Assembly: GCA_963695115.1 (NCBI GenBank)
Contig: CAVOFX010000004.1
Coordinates: forward strand, 436,833-500,832
Length of the DNA stretch: 64,000 bases
Direction: 5' to 3'
Origin: an uncultured Microthrixaceae bacterium
Lineage (GTDB): Bacteria; Actinomycetota; Acidimicrobiia; Acidimicrobiales; CAVOFX01
The notes under the pieces are model-generated. The model was given only the letters and a program-made list of their open reading frames with translations. It was not told the DNA's origin and ran no database searches. Position 1 is the stretch's first letter; each line of letters opens with the position of its first letter. Of the stretch, positions 39,152-49,258 are shown one piece after another. The position numbers were made by a program, and so were the translations under genes.

Positions 39152-39817
39152 ATGACTGGTGAGGCACGGGTCTCCCTCGTCGGGCTCCACGGGGGCGCCT
39201 GGTACGGCGAGCGGGCGGAGGCCGCCCTGAGGCAGGCCGATGTGCTCATCGGATCCGCGGACCAACGTGCGGCTCTCTCGGGAGCGGGCCTGAGCGGCGA
39301 GTGGGTGGAGATGTGGGGGAAGGGGAGGCTCGACGAGATCGTCGAGGTCTGCGCGCAGCGCGCAGCAGAGGGTGCCGAGGTCTGTCTCCTCGCGAGCGGT
39401 GACCCCGGGTTCTTCGGCCTCGTCGGTCGGATGGCAGCCCGATTCGGTCGGGAGGGCTTGGCCGTGCACCCTGCGCCGACGTCGGTGGCGCTCGCCTTCG
39501 CTCGCATCGCCACGCCCTGGGACGATGCCGTGGTGGCCAACTGCCACGTGCGATCCGCGGAGGAGGCCGCCGGCGTCGTGGCGTCGCACCACAAGGCAGC
39601 GGTGCTCACGTCTCGTGGGCACCCACCAGAGGAGATCGGGCGTGCGGTGCTGGCCGCCGATCCGGAACTGTGCAGGGACGTCTGGGTGTGCAGCCGGCTC
39701 GGTGAGGACGGAGAGCGTGTGACCCCCACCGAACTCGAAGGGCTCGCCTCCGGGTCGTTCGACCACGTCTCGGTCGTGGTGTTCCTCGAGCCCGGCGGAC
39801 GGTCACGACTCCCATGA
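39152..39817 (+). CDS. cbiE: Precorrin-6Y C5,15-methyltransferase CbiE-like domain protein
   Basis: LASGDPGFFG and HPAPTSVALAFARI tetrapyrrole methylase motifs. Confidence 0.75.
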   Translation: MTGEARVSLVGLHGGAWYGERAEAALRQADVLIGSADQRAALSGAGLSGEWVEMWGKGRLDEIVEVCAQRAAEGAEVCLLASGDPGFFGLVGRMAARFGREGLAVHPAPTSVALAFARIATPWDDAVVANCHVRSAEEAAGVVASHHKAAVLTSRGHPPEEIGRAVLAADPELCRDVWVCSRLGEDGERVTPTELEGLASGSFDHVSVVVFLEPGGRSRLP

Positions 39818-42174
39818 CCGCGATCGACGACGCCCGCCCCGACACCTACCCGCTCGACTGGCACGCCTCGTGGATCGCCCCGGTCGAGGAGGACGGGCTG
39901 CCCGCGCGCCGGCGGCCGATCTACCAGCTCGCCGGGTCCTTCACCCTCGACGGCGAGGTCGCCGAAGCGACGCTCCACGTCACAGCGCACGGCATCTACG
40001 AGGCGTTCGTCAACGGGACACGCGTGGGCGACATGGAGCTGACGCCGGGCTGGACCGCGTACCGGTCACGGCTCCAGGTGCAGTCCTTCGACGTCAGCAG
40101 CCTGCTTCGCGGCACCGATGACGTCGTCGGTGCACTGCTCAGCGACGGCTGGTGGCGCGGTCAGAACAGCGTCGCCCGACGGGTCGACGACTACGGCACC
40201 ACCACCGCCCTGCTGGCCCAGCTCGACATCACCCTCGCGGACGGCCGGACCGTCGGCTTCGGCACCGACAGCTCGTGGCGATCGGTGCCGAGCCACATCC
40301 TCGGCGCCGACCTCATCGCCGGCGAGGTCCACGACCTCCGCCGGCGCCACCGCTGGGGTGACTGGGCGACGTGGGCGCCGGTGCGGGTCGAGGACCACGG
40401 CTTCGATGGGCTCGTCACCTCACCTGCTCCGCCGGTCCGGCGCATCGAGGAGCTCCGGCCCGCATCGGTCCGCGCGCTCACCCCCGGGCGGTGGGTGGTC
40501 GACTTCGGCCAGAACATCAGCGGCTGGGTGCGTCTGACCCGCCTCGGCCCGGCCGGGACCGAGATCACGCTCACCCACGGCGAGTGGCTCTGCGACGGCG
40601 ACGTCACCCAGGACCACCTCTTCGTGCGGGAGGTCGTGCTCGACCTCGAGCTGCCCTTCCAGACAGACGTCGTCACCTCCGCCGGGGCCGAAGGCGACGT
40701 GTTCGAGCCACGCCACAGCACCAAGGGGTTCCGGTACGTGCGGGTCGAAGGTGACCTCGACGAGCTGACCGCTGACGACATCACCGCCGTCGTCGTGCAC
40801 ACCGACCTGGCGCGCGTCGGAGCCTTCGAGTGCTCCGATGACCGCATCGACGCCCTCCACCGCATCTCCGAGTGGAGCTTCCGAGGCAACGCCTGCGACA
40901 TCCCCACCGACTGCCCCACCCGTGAGCGGGCCGGGTGGACGGGCGACTGGCAGATCTTCGTCGAGACCGCCGCCTACCTCTACGACGTGGCCGGCTTCTC
41001 GCGGAAGTGGCTCCGTGATCTGGCCGCCGACCAGAGACCCGACGGGAAGGTCACGAGCCTCGTCCCCGAGTCGCACCCCGGCGACGGGAGACCGCCGGCG
41101 TTCTGGCCCCTCACCGAGGGGTCGTCGGGATGGGGTGACGCGGCCGTGCACGTGCCCTGGGTTCTGCACCGCATGACCGGCGACACCGAGGTCCTCGCTG
41201 AGCAGTACGAGTCGGCCAGTCGCTGGGTCGAGTACGCGGCAGCCGCCGCGGCGGGCAACCGTCACCACTCCCGCGCGGAGCGCCCGGGCGAGCCGCAGCC
41301 CCACGAGGCCTACGTGTGGGACAGCGGGTGGCACTACGGCGAGTGGCTCGAGGCCGACGAGACCCTCGAGCAGGCCATCGCCAAGGTGCTCACAACCGAC
41401 CCCGGGCCGGTTGCCACCGCCTACCTCCACCGCTCCGCTCGCGAGCTGGCCCAGATCGCCGGGATCCTCGGCCGGGCGGACGGCGCCGAGCGCTACGCCG
41501 CGCTGGCGGAGCACGCTGCGCAGGCGTGGCGCACCGAGTTCCTCGCCGGCGACGGCAGCACCACCCCGGACACCCAGGCGACCTACGCCAGGGGTCTCGC
41601 CTTCGGGCTCATCCCACCGGAGCTGCGAGACGCCGCGGCGGCCCGGCTGGTGCATCTCATCCGCGAGGCCGGGACCCATCTCAGCACCGGGTTCCTCACC
41701 ACCCCGTACCTGCTCGGTGTGCTCGCGGACTCGGGCCACCTCGACGTCGCATACGAGCTGCTGCTCCAGGACACCGAGCCGTCGTGGCTGGTCATGGTCG
41801 ACCGGGGCGCGACCACGGTGTGGGAGGAGTGGGGAGGCGTGGACGCCGACGGCAGGCCGCACGCGTCGCTGAACCACTACAGCAAGGGCGCGGTGATGTC
41901 GTTCATGCACCAGTACGTCGCCGGGCTGCAGGTGGTCGAGCCGGGCTACCGGCGCTTCCGTGTCGCCCCCCGGCCCGGTGGCGGGATCACCTGGGCCCGT
42001 ACCCACCACGACGCACCCCACGGCCGGATCGAGGTCGCCTGGGAGATCGAGGGCGGGACCGGCTCGATCGAGGTCACCGTGCCGGACGGGACCACCGCCG
42101 AGCTCCGCCTCCCGGACGCGCAGACCGAGGACCTGGCGGGCGGCCGCCATCGCCGGAGGTGGCGAACCGACTAG
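39814..42174 (+). CDS. Alpha-L-rhamnosidase (GH78)
   Basis: LTPGWT, DFGQN, GFRYV, IPTDCPTRERAGWTGD, ATTVWEEW and SLNHY. Confidence 0.92.
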   Translation: MTAIDDARPDTYPLDWHASWIAPVEEDGLPARRRPIYQLAGSFTLDGEVAEATLHVTAHGIYEAFVNGTRVGDMELTPGWTAYRSRLQVQSFDVSSLLRGTDDVVGALLSDGWWRGQNSVARRVDDYGTTTALLAQLDITLADGRTVGFGTDSSWRSVPSHILGADLIAGEVHDLRRRHRWGDWATWAPVRVEDHGFDGLVTSPAPPVRRIEELRPASVRALTPGRWVVDFGQNISGWVRLTRLGPAGTEITLTHGEWLCDGDVTQDHLFVREVVLDLELPFQTDVVTSAGAEGDVFEPRHSTKGFRYVRVEGDLDELTADDITAVVVHTDLARVGAFECSDDRIDALHRISEWSFRGNACDIPTDCPTRERAGWTGDWQIFVETAAYLYDVAGFSRKWLRDLAADQRPDGKVTSLVPESHPGDGRPPAFWPLTEGSSGWGDAAVHVPWVLHRMTGDTEVLAEQYESASRWVEYAAAAAAGNRHHSRAERPGEPQPHEAYVWDSGWHYGEWLEADETLEQAIAKVLTTDPGPVATAYLHRSARELAQIAGILGRADGAERYAALAEHAAQAWRTEFLAGDGSTTPDTQATYARGLAFGLIPPELRDAAAARLVHLIREAGTHLSTGFLTTPYLLGVLADSGHLDVAYELLLQDTEPSWLVMVDRGATTVWEEWGGVDADGRPHASLNHYSKGAVMSFMHQYVAGLQVVEPGYRRFRVAPRPGGGITWARTHHDAPHGRIEVAWEIEGGTGSIEVTVPDGTTAELRLPDAQTEDLAGGRHRRRWRTD

Positions 42175-42293
42175 CGCGCTCCGGCACCGACGTGGGGTCC
42201 GAGGGCATCGAGCGCTCAGGTTCGGTCGGTTTCGGAGCGTGCCGGACTCCTCTTCGCTTCCTCCGGGATCGAGCCGGAGGTCGTGGCCTGAGC

Positions 42294-43337
42294 TCAGCCG
42301 GTGAAGCTCGGCGTCGCCGGCACCGCGGCCGCCGCCGGCGTGGGAGCGGCCGTGGTGGTGCTGGTGCTCGTCGTCGTCGTCGTGCTCGTCGTGGGGGTCG
42401 GGGCGATGCGCTGCCACGAAGGCTCGAAGGCGGGGCCGACCAGCAGCGGCTCGGCGTCGGAGCCGTCGGGCCCCATCGTCCAGATGCCGTCGTCGGTACC
42501 GGTGAACGAGGTGAAGGCGATGAGCTGTCCGTCGGGGGACCAGCGCCCGGGGCCGACGCTCGGTCCGAACACCTGGTGCTGGTTCGAGCCGTCGGCGTCC
42601 ATCACGCGGAAGAAGTACTGGGCAGGTCCTCCCGTTCGGTAGATGTAGAGGATCTCGCTGCCGTCCGGCGACCAGCTCGGGCTCATCGACTGGTCGGACG
42701 GGACGCCGCTGTCGGTGAGCTGCACCAGGTCGGTGCCGTCGGGGTCCACCAACCAGATCTCGGGAGCGGTGGTCTCGGGGTCCTGCCGGGTGAACGCGAT
42801 CCTGGTGCCGTCCGGCGACCAGCTCGGCCAGCGGTCGAAGGCGTTGTCGGTCCTGAGCTGTGTGACGTCGGACCCGTCAGCGTCCATCACGTAGAGCGCG
42901 GGGCCGACACCCGTGGCAGGTTCGGGCTGCGCGTGGAACACGATCTGCGTGCCGTCCGGCGACCAGCTGCCGCTGACAGCGCCGTCGGCCATGGACGTCA
43001 GGACCGTCTCGTTCGAGCCGTCGGCGTCCATCACCCAGATCTGTGTGTTGGCCCCTTCCGGGTCGCGCTGGAAGAGGATCTTCGTGCCGTCAGGCGACCA
43101 CATCGGATAGCTGTCGAAGGTGCCGGCGTCGGTGAGCTGGACGGGGTTCGAGCCGTCGTTCTCCATCACCCAGATGTCGTACGTGTAGGACTCCTCACCC
43201 ATGCGCGTGAACGCGATCTTGCCGTTCTCGCCAGGAAAGGCCTCCGAAGACGCCGGCACGGAGCTTCCGGCCAGCACGCCGGCCACCAGCAACCCTGCGC
43301 ACGTGACGGAGAACCAGAACCTCGTCGACCGCTGCAT
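42294..43337 (-). CDS. Secreted TolB-like (PD40 repeat) beta-propeller with Thr-rich linker and terminal PSFTG
   Basis: Signal peptide, repeated WSPDG and MDADGS units, C-terminus TTSTTTTTTSTSTTTAAPTPAAAAVPATPSFTG*. Confidence 0.88.
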   Translation of the reverse strand: MQRSTRFWFSVTCAGLLVAGVLAGSSVPASSEAFPGENGKIAFTRMGEESYTYDIWVMENDGSNPVQLTDAGTFDSYPMWSPDGTKILFQRDPEGANTQIWVMDADGSNETVLTSMADGAVSGSWSPDGTQIVFHAQPEPATGVGPALYVMDADGSDVTQLRTDNAFDRWPSWSPDGTRIAFTRQDPETTAPEIWLVDPDGTDLVQLTDSGVPSDQSMSPSWSPDGSEILYIYRTGGPAQYFFRVMDADGSNQHQVFGPSVGPGRWSPDGQLIAFTSFTGTDDGIWTMGPDGSDAEPLLVGPAFEPSWQRIAPTPTTSTTTTTSTSTTTAAPTPAAAAVPATPSFTG

Positions 43338-43626
43338 CTCCGACCCACCTCTCGCATTCGTCCGCCAAGTGGGCCGCAAAGTACCAGCGCGTGGCACGAC
43401 AACCCAAGACGTCACCGCTGGACGTTGGAGGGCGGCTCGCCGAGGACTGGCGATCACCGTGCTCGTCGGCGTGCCCGGCCGGTTCGTGCAACGCCACCGA
43501 GGGACGATCGGCCCTACAGCCCGAGCTGGTGCGGCGTTACGGTCGGTCGTGGGGTCGTGATCACGACGCCCGCCGGCTCGATCCATCGGATGAGCCGCAC
43601 CAGAGCCGTCGACGGGAGGGGTTGTG

Positions 43627-44874
43627 ATGGCAGCGCGCCGAGGGGCGAACGCCGGCGATCCGGCGCATCAGCGGCTCGCCGGAACGGTGGCTCCCGGATT
43701 CGAGCCGGTGCGGGACGCATTCACCGAGAACTTCACCGAGCGGGGAGAGCTGGGCGGTGCCGTGTGCATCGTCATCGACGGTGAGGTGGTCGTCGACCTG
43801 TGGGGTGGAGTGCGCGACCGAACGACAGGCGCACCCTGGTGCGCCGACACCATGACCTTGGTCCACTCGACCACCAAGGGGCTGTCGGCCATGGTTCTGG
43901 CGCTGCTGCACACGCGAGGGCTGATCGACTACGAGGAGCGGGTGGCCGCGTACTGGCCCGAGTTCGCCCAAGCCGGCAAGGCGGAGATCACCGTCCGCCA
44001 GCTCCTGGCACACCAGGCCGGCCTGTTCGCCTTCGACGAACGGGTCGACGTCGAGGTGGTTGCGGACCTCGACCGCCTCGCCGGGGTGATGGAGCGCCAG
44101 CGTCCCATCTGGCCGCCCGGCGAGCGCCAGGCCTATCACGCGATCACGCTCGGCTTCTACGAGAACGAGCTGGTGCGTCGCATCGACCCCGACCACAGGA
44201 CGATCGGCCGGGTGCTGCGCGAGGACATCGCCACGCCGCTGGGAGTCGGGGACGAGATGTACATCGGGACACCGGCCTCGTTGCCCGACGAGCGGCTCGC
44301 CGTGTTGGTGCCGCCCGGGCTGTGGACTCGACTGTCCTCGATGCCACCCGCCTTGATGATCGCCGCGATGTGGCCGCGCTCGGTGCTCCACCGATCGCTG
44401 GTGGCCAATCCCGGCACCAGCTTCTACGTCGACCCGGGGCACGCCATCATGCGAGAGGTCGAGGTCCCCTCCGGAGGTGCGGTGGCGACCGCTCGGGCGA
44501 TCGCTGTCGCCTACGGAGCCTTCGCCGTCGCGGGCGGGCCGCTCGGCCTGCGACCGGAGACTCTGGCGGCCCTGTCCGCTCCGGCGATGCCCGCGGCCCG
44601 GGGCTATCACGACGAGTGCTTCCGTGGGCCGGCCAAGTTCTCGCTCGGGTTCATGAAGCCCAGCGAGCTGATCGCCTTCGGCTCCGAGTCTGCGTTCGGA
44701 GCACCGGGTGCCGGGGGGTCGATGGGGTTCGCCGACCCCGAGCTGCGGCTGGGGTACGGCTACGTGACGGACCAGATGGGCATGGAGCTGCAGGGCGACC
44801 ACCGCGACCTGGCTCTGCGCCACGCGCTGGGGACGGTGCTGGCACGTCGACCATCCGGCGGCACACCGCCCTAG
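43627..44874 (+). CDS. Beta-lactamase-family serine hydrolase / esterase
   Basis: STTK (SxxK), LLAHQAG, YHA and GAGGS. Confidence 0.9.
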   Translation: MAARRGANAGDPAHQRLAGTVAPGFEPVRDAFTENFTERGELGGAVCIVIDGEVVVDLWGGVRDRTTGAPWCADTMTLVHSTTKGLSAMVLALLHTRGLIDYEERVAAYWPEFAQAGKAEITVRQLLAHQAGLFAFDERVDVEVVADLDRLAGVMERQRPIWPPGERQAYHAITLGFYENELVRRIDPDHRTIGRVLREDIATPLGVGDEMYIGTPASLPDERLAVLVPPGLWTRLSSMPPALMIAAMWPRSVLHRSLVANPGTSFYVDPGHAIMREVEVPSGGAVATARAIAVAYGAFAVAGGPLGLRPETLAALSAPAMPAARGYHDECFRGPAKFSLGFMKPSELIAFGSESAFGAPGAGGSMGFADPELRLGYGYVTDQMGMELQGDHRDLALRHALGTVLARRPSGGTPP

Positions 44875-44883
44875 GATCGGTCC

Positions 44884-45804
44884 GTGGCGCCGACGCTGAC
44901 GGTGGAGCAGGAGAGTCTCCTCGACGAGCGGGTGGTGCTGGCCAACGGCTACCTCGCGAACGGGCACTACCCGGCCGCGATGGTCAACGTCACGAACCGG
45001 TGCAACCTGTCGTGCGAGCACTGCTTCGTCTTCCAGGACGGGAACCCCAACACGGCCCTCAGCCCCAGGTTGGAGATGTCGACCGACGAGATGATCGAGG
45101 TCCTCACCGCGCTTCGCGACCGCCACGGCATCGACTACATGTTGTGGATGGGTGGTGAGCCGCTGCTGCGTCAGGACCTCCTGCGCCGTGGTGTCGGCCT
45201 GTTCGAGCGGAGCCACGTCACCACCAACGGCACGCTTCCCCTCATCGATCTCGGCCCCGACGTGCTGTACGTCGTCTCCCTCGATGGACCCGAGGAGATC
45301 AACGACGCGATACGGGGTGAGGGCAGCTTCACCCGTGTGCTGCGACGCCTCGGCGAGCTGCCTGCGGACTTCTCGTCACCCGTGCAGGTGCAGTGCACGG
45401 TCACACCGGCCAACCAGCCGCACCTCCGCGAGCTGGTGGAGGCGATCGTCGACACGCGCGTCGGTTGGATGACCTTCAGCTTCGTCGTCCCCTACGTGGG
45501 TGCCCAACCCCATCTGGCCTGGCCCGACCTGGGGTCACGCATGGTGGCCGTGGAGGAGGTCCGCTCCCTCAAGCACCGCTACGGCGGGTTCATCCGGAAC
45601 CGGTCCGCAGCGCTGGACCTCATGGCGCCCGACCGCGCGCCGGCGATCACGGCTTCGTGTCCGGCGCGGTCCTTCATCCTGCCGCTGTGGCTCGACGGCG
45701 ATCGCCTCACCACCCCGTTCTGCTGCTACGGCAACGGCCCCGACTGCTCGCGCTGCGGCGCCTGGGTCGTCTTCGACATAGCAGCTCGGTTCCAAGTCGC
45801 CTGA
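44884..45804 (+). CDS. Radical SAM protein with Cys-rich C-terminal domain
   Basis: CNLSCEHC, GGEP, TTNG, SLDG and tail C...CCYGNGPDCSRCG. Confidence 0.9.
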   Translation: MAPTLTVEQESLLDERVVLANGYLANGHYPAAMVNVTNRCNLSCEHCFVFQDGNPNTALSPRLEMSTDEMIEVLTALRDRHGIDYMLWMGGEPLLRQDLLRRGVGLFERSHVTTNGTLPLIDLGPDVLYVVSLDGPEEINDAIRGEGSFTRVLRRLGELPADFSSPVQVQCTVTPANQPHLRELVEAIVDTRVGWMTFSFVVPYVGAQPHLAWPDLGSRMVAVEEVRSLKHRYGGFIRNRSAALDLMAPDRAPAITASCPARSFILPLWLDGDRLTTPFCCYGNGPDCSRCGAWVVFDIAARFQVA

Positions 45805-45846
45805 CCTTGCCATGGGCCCTGCGGCAGCGAGCAGGACGGGCTTGGC

Positions 45847-46773
45847 GTGAGAGCTGTGATCCGACCTGGACGCAGCATCGTGGGGATCGCTGCCTTGCTG
45901 TTGCCGTACCGAGACGGAGCGATCGACTGGGAAGGCTTCCGGGGCTTGCTCACCCGGACGGTGGATGCGGGGCTCCTGCCCGCGGTGAACATGGACACCG
46001 GCTACGTCGACCTGATCGACGAGGACGAGCGCGCGGCGGTTCTCGAGGTGACTCGCACGACCGTCGGTGGGCAGCGCTTCGTCGCGGGCGCGTTCGTCGC
46101 TGACACCCCGGGCGACGCTCTCGACGTCGCGGGATACCGCAGGGCGATCGCGGCGGTCACCGAGAGCGGCGGAACCCCTGTGGTGTTCCAGTCGCACGGG
46201 CTCACCTCGACGAGCGACGAGGAGCTCGTCGCCGCCTATGACCTGATCACACGGGACTGCGACGAGTTCATAGCCTTCGAGCTGGGCCCGATGTTCGCGC
46301 CGTTCGGCCGGATCTACGACCTCGACACCTATCAGGGCCTGGTGGGCATGGCGCGTTGCACCGGGGCGAAGCACTCGTCGCTGAGCCGCGAGGCCGAGTG
46401 GGATCGCTTGGCGCTGCGCGACCGGCTGCGCCCTGGATTCAACGTGTACACCGGCAACGACCTGGCGATCGACATGGTCATGTGGGGCAGCGACTACCTG
46501 CTCGGGCTGGCCTCGTTCGCCCCCGACGCGTTCGCGGCCCGTGACGCCGCCTGGGCCTCGGGAGACCTGTCCTTCCACGAACGCAACGACGCGCTCCAGG
46601 CCCTGGGGTCGTTCGCGTTCCGGTCACCGGTGCCGGCCTACAAGCACGATGCCGCCATGGCCCTGGCTCTGCGAGGTTGGATCGGGTCGGACGAGGCGCA
46701 CCCGGCTGGACCGAGGCGTCCGGCGACGGATCGAGCGGTGCTCGCCGCCCTGCTCGAACGGGTGCACGTGTGA
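45847..46773 (+). CDS. Dihydrodipicolinate synthase-like (class I aldolase) protein
   Basis: IDW...NMDTG, GAKHSS (Schiff-base Lys), TGND and YLLG. Confidence 0.7.
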   Translation: MRAVIRPGRSIVGIAALLLPYRDGAIDWEGFRGLLTRTVDAGLLPAVNMDTGYVDLIDEDERAAVLEVTRTTVGGQRFVAGAFVADTPGDALDVAGYRRAIAAVTESGGTPVVFQSHGLTSTSDEELVAAYDLITRDCDEFIAFELGPMFAPFGRIYDLDTYQGLVGMARCTGAKHSSLSREAEWDRLALRDRLRPGFNVYTGNDLAIDMVMWGSDYLLGLASFAPDAFAARDAAWASGDLSFHERNDALQALGSFAFRSPVPAYKHDAAMALALRGWIGSDEAHPAGPRRPATDRAVLAALLERVHV

Positions 46774-48209
46774 GGCGGAAGCACCCGCAGGTCAAGTCCT
46801 TCGCCGACGTGGCTGCCCTGCAGGCACACCTCGCCCGGCTGGGCGTCTCGATCCCGCTGGACGAGGATGTCCGCCCTTCCGGCACGCTCGCCTCGCAGCT
46901 GAAGGTCGGCCATCGCAGCATCGGGAACCGTCTCGCCATCCTCCCCATGGAGGGATGGGACGGTACCCACGACGGGCGGCCGACCGAGCTCGTGCGACGC
47001 CGCTGGCGGAGGTTCGGGTCTTCGGGGGCGAAGTTGATCTGGGGCTGCGAGGCGGTGGCCGTGGCCCACGGTGGCCGCGCCAACCCCCGGCAGTTGCGGA
47101 TCGGTCCGGACACGATCGAGGAGCTCGCGGCGCTCCGGGCGTCGCTGGTCTCGGCCCACGAGCTCGGGGTCGGCGACGCCGCCGACCTGGTGGTGGGGCT
47201 TCAGCTCACCCACTCGGGCCGCTGGGCGCGCCCCGATCCCGACGGCTCGCCGCGTCCGGTCATCGGCTTCCGGCACCCACTGCTGGACGAGCGGGTGGGT
47301 GCGAGCGACGCCGATGTGATCACCGACGACGCCCTCGACGAGCTCGTCGGCGTGTTCACGGATGCCGCGGTGGCGGCGGGCGACGCGGGCTTCGACTTCG
47401 TCGACGTGAAGGCCTGTCACGGGTACCTGGTCCACGAGCTCCTGGCCGCTCACGAGCGTCCCGGTCGCTACGGGGGCGACCTGGCTGGACGCAGCCGGCT
47501 CCTGCTCTCGATCATCGGAGAGATCCGTCGGCGCGCACCGGGCCTGCTGATCGGGGTGCGCTTGAGCGCGTTCGACCCTGGCGTGTTCCGACGCGGCCCG
47601 GATGGCGTGGGCGAGCCTGCGTGGCTCCCAGGTGACGATCCCGCGCGTTGGACCTTCGGGGGTGACGGTGGCGATCCGGCATCGCCCACCGAGTCCGATG
47701 AGATCGTGCGGCTGCTGGCGGAGGCGGGTGTCTCCCTGCTCTCGGTCACCTGCGGGAGTCCGTACACGTCTCCGCACGCGCAGCGCCCCGCGTACTTCCC
47801 GCCTACCGATGGCTATCAGCCGCCCCGGGATCCGCTTCTCGAGGTCGCAGCCCTGCTCGGAACGGCTGCGCGCCTGAAGAGGGCCGCACCCGACCTCGTG
47901 GTGGTGGGCACGGGCTACTCCTATCTGCAGGAGTTCATGCCGAACGCGGCGCAGGCCGCGGTGGCAGGCGGTGATGTGGACGTGGTGGGTTATGGTCGCC
48001 TGGTGCTCAGCCACCACGACGCGGCGGCGAGGATCCTTCGTGGTGAGGCGTTGGATCGCCTACGGGTGTGCCGAACCTTCTCCGACTGCACCAGCGCCCC
48101 GCGCAACGGCCTCGTGTCGGGCTGCTACCCGCTCGATCGGGACTATCGCGACATGCCCGAGCGAGCTGCCCTGGCGCGGGCCAAGCGCGAAGCCAAGGAG
48201 CAGGGTTGA
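46770..48209 (+). CDS. NADH:flavin oxidoreductase (old yellow enzyme family)
   Basis: NRLAILPME, QLTHSGR, AGFDFVDVKACHGYL, YGG...R and GYGR. Confidence 0.85.
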   Translation: MRRKHPQVKSFADVAALQAHLARLGVSIPLDEDVRPSGTLASQLKVGHRSIGNRLAILPMEGWDGTHDGRPTELVRRRWRRFGSSGAKLIWGCEAVAVAHGGRANPRQLRIGPDTIEELAALRASLVSAHELGVGDAADLVVGLQLTHSGRWARPDPDGSPRPVIGFRHPLLDERVGASDADVITDDALDELVGVFTDAAVAAGDAGFDFVDVKACHGYLVHELLAAHERPGRYGGDLAGRSRLLLSIIGEIRRRAPGLLIGVRLSAFDPGVFRRGPDGVGEPAWLPGDDPARWTFGGDGGDPASPTESDEIVRLLAEAGVSLLSVTCGSPYTSPHAQRPAYFPPTDGYQPPRDPLLEVAALLGTAARLKRAAPDLVVVGTGYSYLQEFMPNAAQAAVAGGDVDVVGYGRLVLSHHDAAARILRGEALDRLRVCRTFSDCTSAPRNGLVSGCYPLDRDYRDMPERAALARAKREAKEQG

Positions 48210-49258
48210 TCAGGGTCGGGATCGTCGGTCTGGGAATCGGGGTGGCGCATGCGGACGGCTTCCGCAGGTTGCCCGAGGACTTCGAGGTCGTGGTGGCGGC
48301 GGACCCCGATCCTGACCGGGTTGCGTTCGTGAGGGAGCTCATGGGTTGCGAGGGCGCCTCCGGCCTCGACGAGGTGCTCGCCCGCGACGACGTCGACATC
48401 GTGACCCTGGCGACCCCACCCTTCGTGCACCGCGAGCAGATCGAGGCCGCTCTCCGCGCCGGCAAGGACGTGATCTGCGAGAAGCCCCTGGTGGGCTCGC
48501 TCGCCGACCTCGACGCGGTGACCGCGGTGTCAGCAGGAACCGGGCGATGGGTGATGCCGATCTTCCAGTACCGGTACGGCCGCGGGATCCAGAAGCTGCT
48601 GGCGCTGAGAGATGCAGGGGTCACGGGGCGCTGCTACACGACCTCGGCAGAGGTGGCTTGGCGGAGGCGGGCCGACTACTACGAGGTGGATTGGCGTGGG
48701 AAGCGGGAGAGTGAGCTGGGTGGGGTGCTGCTGTCGCACTGCGTCCACGCGCTGGACATGGTCACGCTGGTGGTCGGACCCGCGGTCCGGGCGTACGCTC
48801 GCACCGCGACCCGGGTCAACCCGATCGAGACAGAGGACTGCGCGTCGGTCTCGTTGCAGATGGAGGACGGGTCCTTCGCGACGCTCTCGGCGACGCTCGG
48901 CTCCGCGGCGGAGATCTCACGGCACCGCTTCTGCTTCGAGCACCTCACCGCGGAGAGCAACAGCGAGGCGTACGAGAACCACCGCGAACCGTGGGTGTTC
49001 ACCGGCGACACGGACGAGTACGACGCCGCGATCGAGGCTGTGCTCGGGGCCTTCGAGCCCCGGCCAGAGCTGTACAAGGGCCAGTTCGCACGGCTGGCTG
49101 CTGCGATCGCCGCCGGTGCGCCTCCACCGGTGACCCTGGCCGATGCCAGGGCTTCGCTGGAGCTGATCACCGCTCTGTACTGGTCTGCGCAGACCGGGGA
49201 GGAGGTCGCGGTCGACATCGGCTCCGACCACCCCTTCTACGGGGGGTGGATCGGGTGA
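48206..49258 (+). CDS. Gfo/Idh/MocA family oxidoreductase
   Basis: GIVGLG, ATPPFVH, CEKP and GGVL...HALD. Confidence 0.9.
   Translation: MIRVGIVGLGIGVAHADGFRRLPEDFEVVVAADPDPDRVAFVRELMGCEGASGLDEVLARDDVDIVTLATPPFVHREQIEAALRAGKDVICEKPLVGSLADLDAVTAVSAGTGRWVMPIFQYRYGRGIQKLLALRDAGVTGRCYTTSAEVAWRRRADYYEVDWRGKRESELGGVLLSHCVHALDMVTLVVGPAVRAYARTATRVNPIETEDCASVSLQMEDGSFATLSATLGSAAEISRHRFCFEHLTAESNSEAYENHREPWVFTGDTDEYDAAIEAVLGAFEPRPELYKGQFARLAAAIAAGAPPPVTLADARASLELITALYWSAQTGEEVAVDIGSDHPFYGGWIG

Noticed and set aside
42450-43180. Regularly spaced repeats resembling an array
   Set aside because: They encode PD40/WSPDG propeller blades. They are degenerate at the DNA level and lie inside a CDS.
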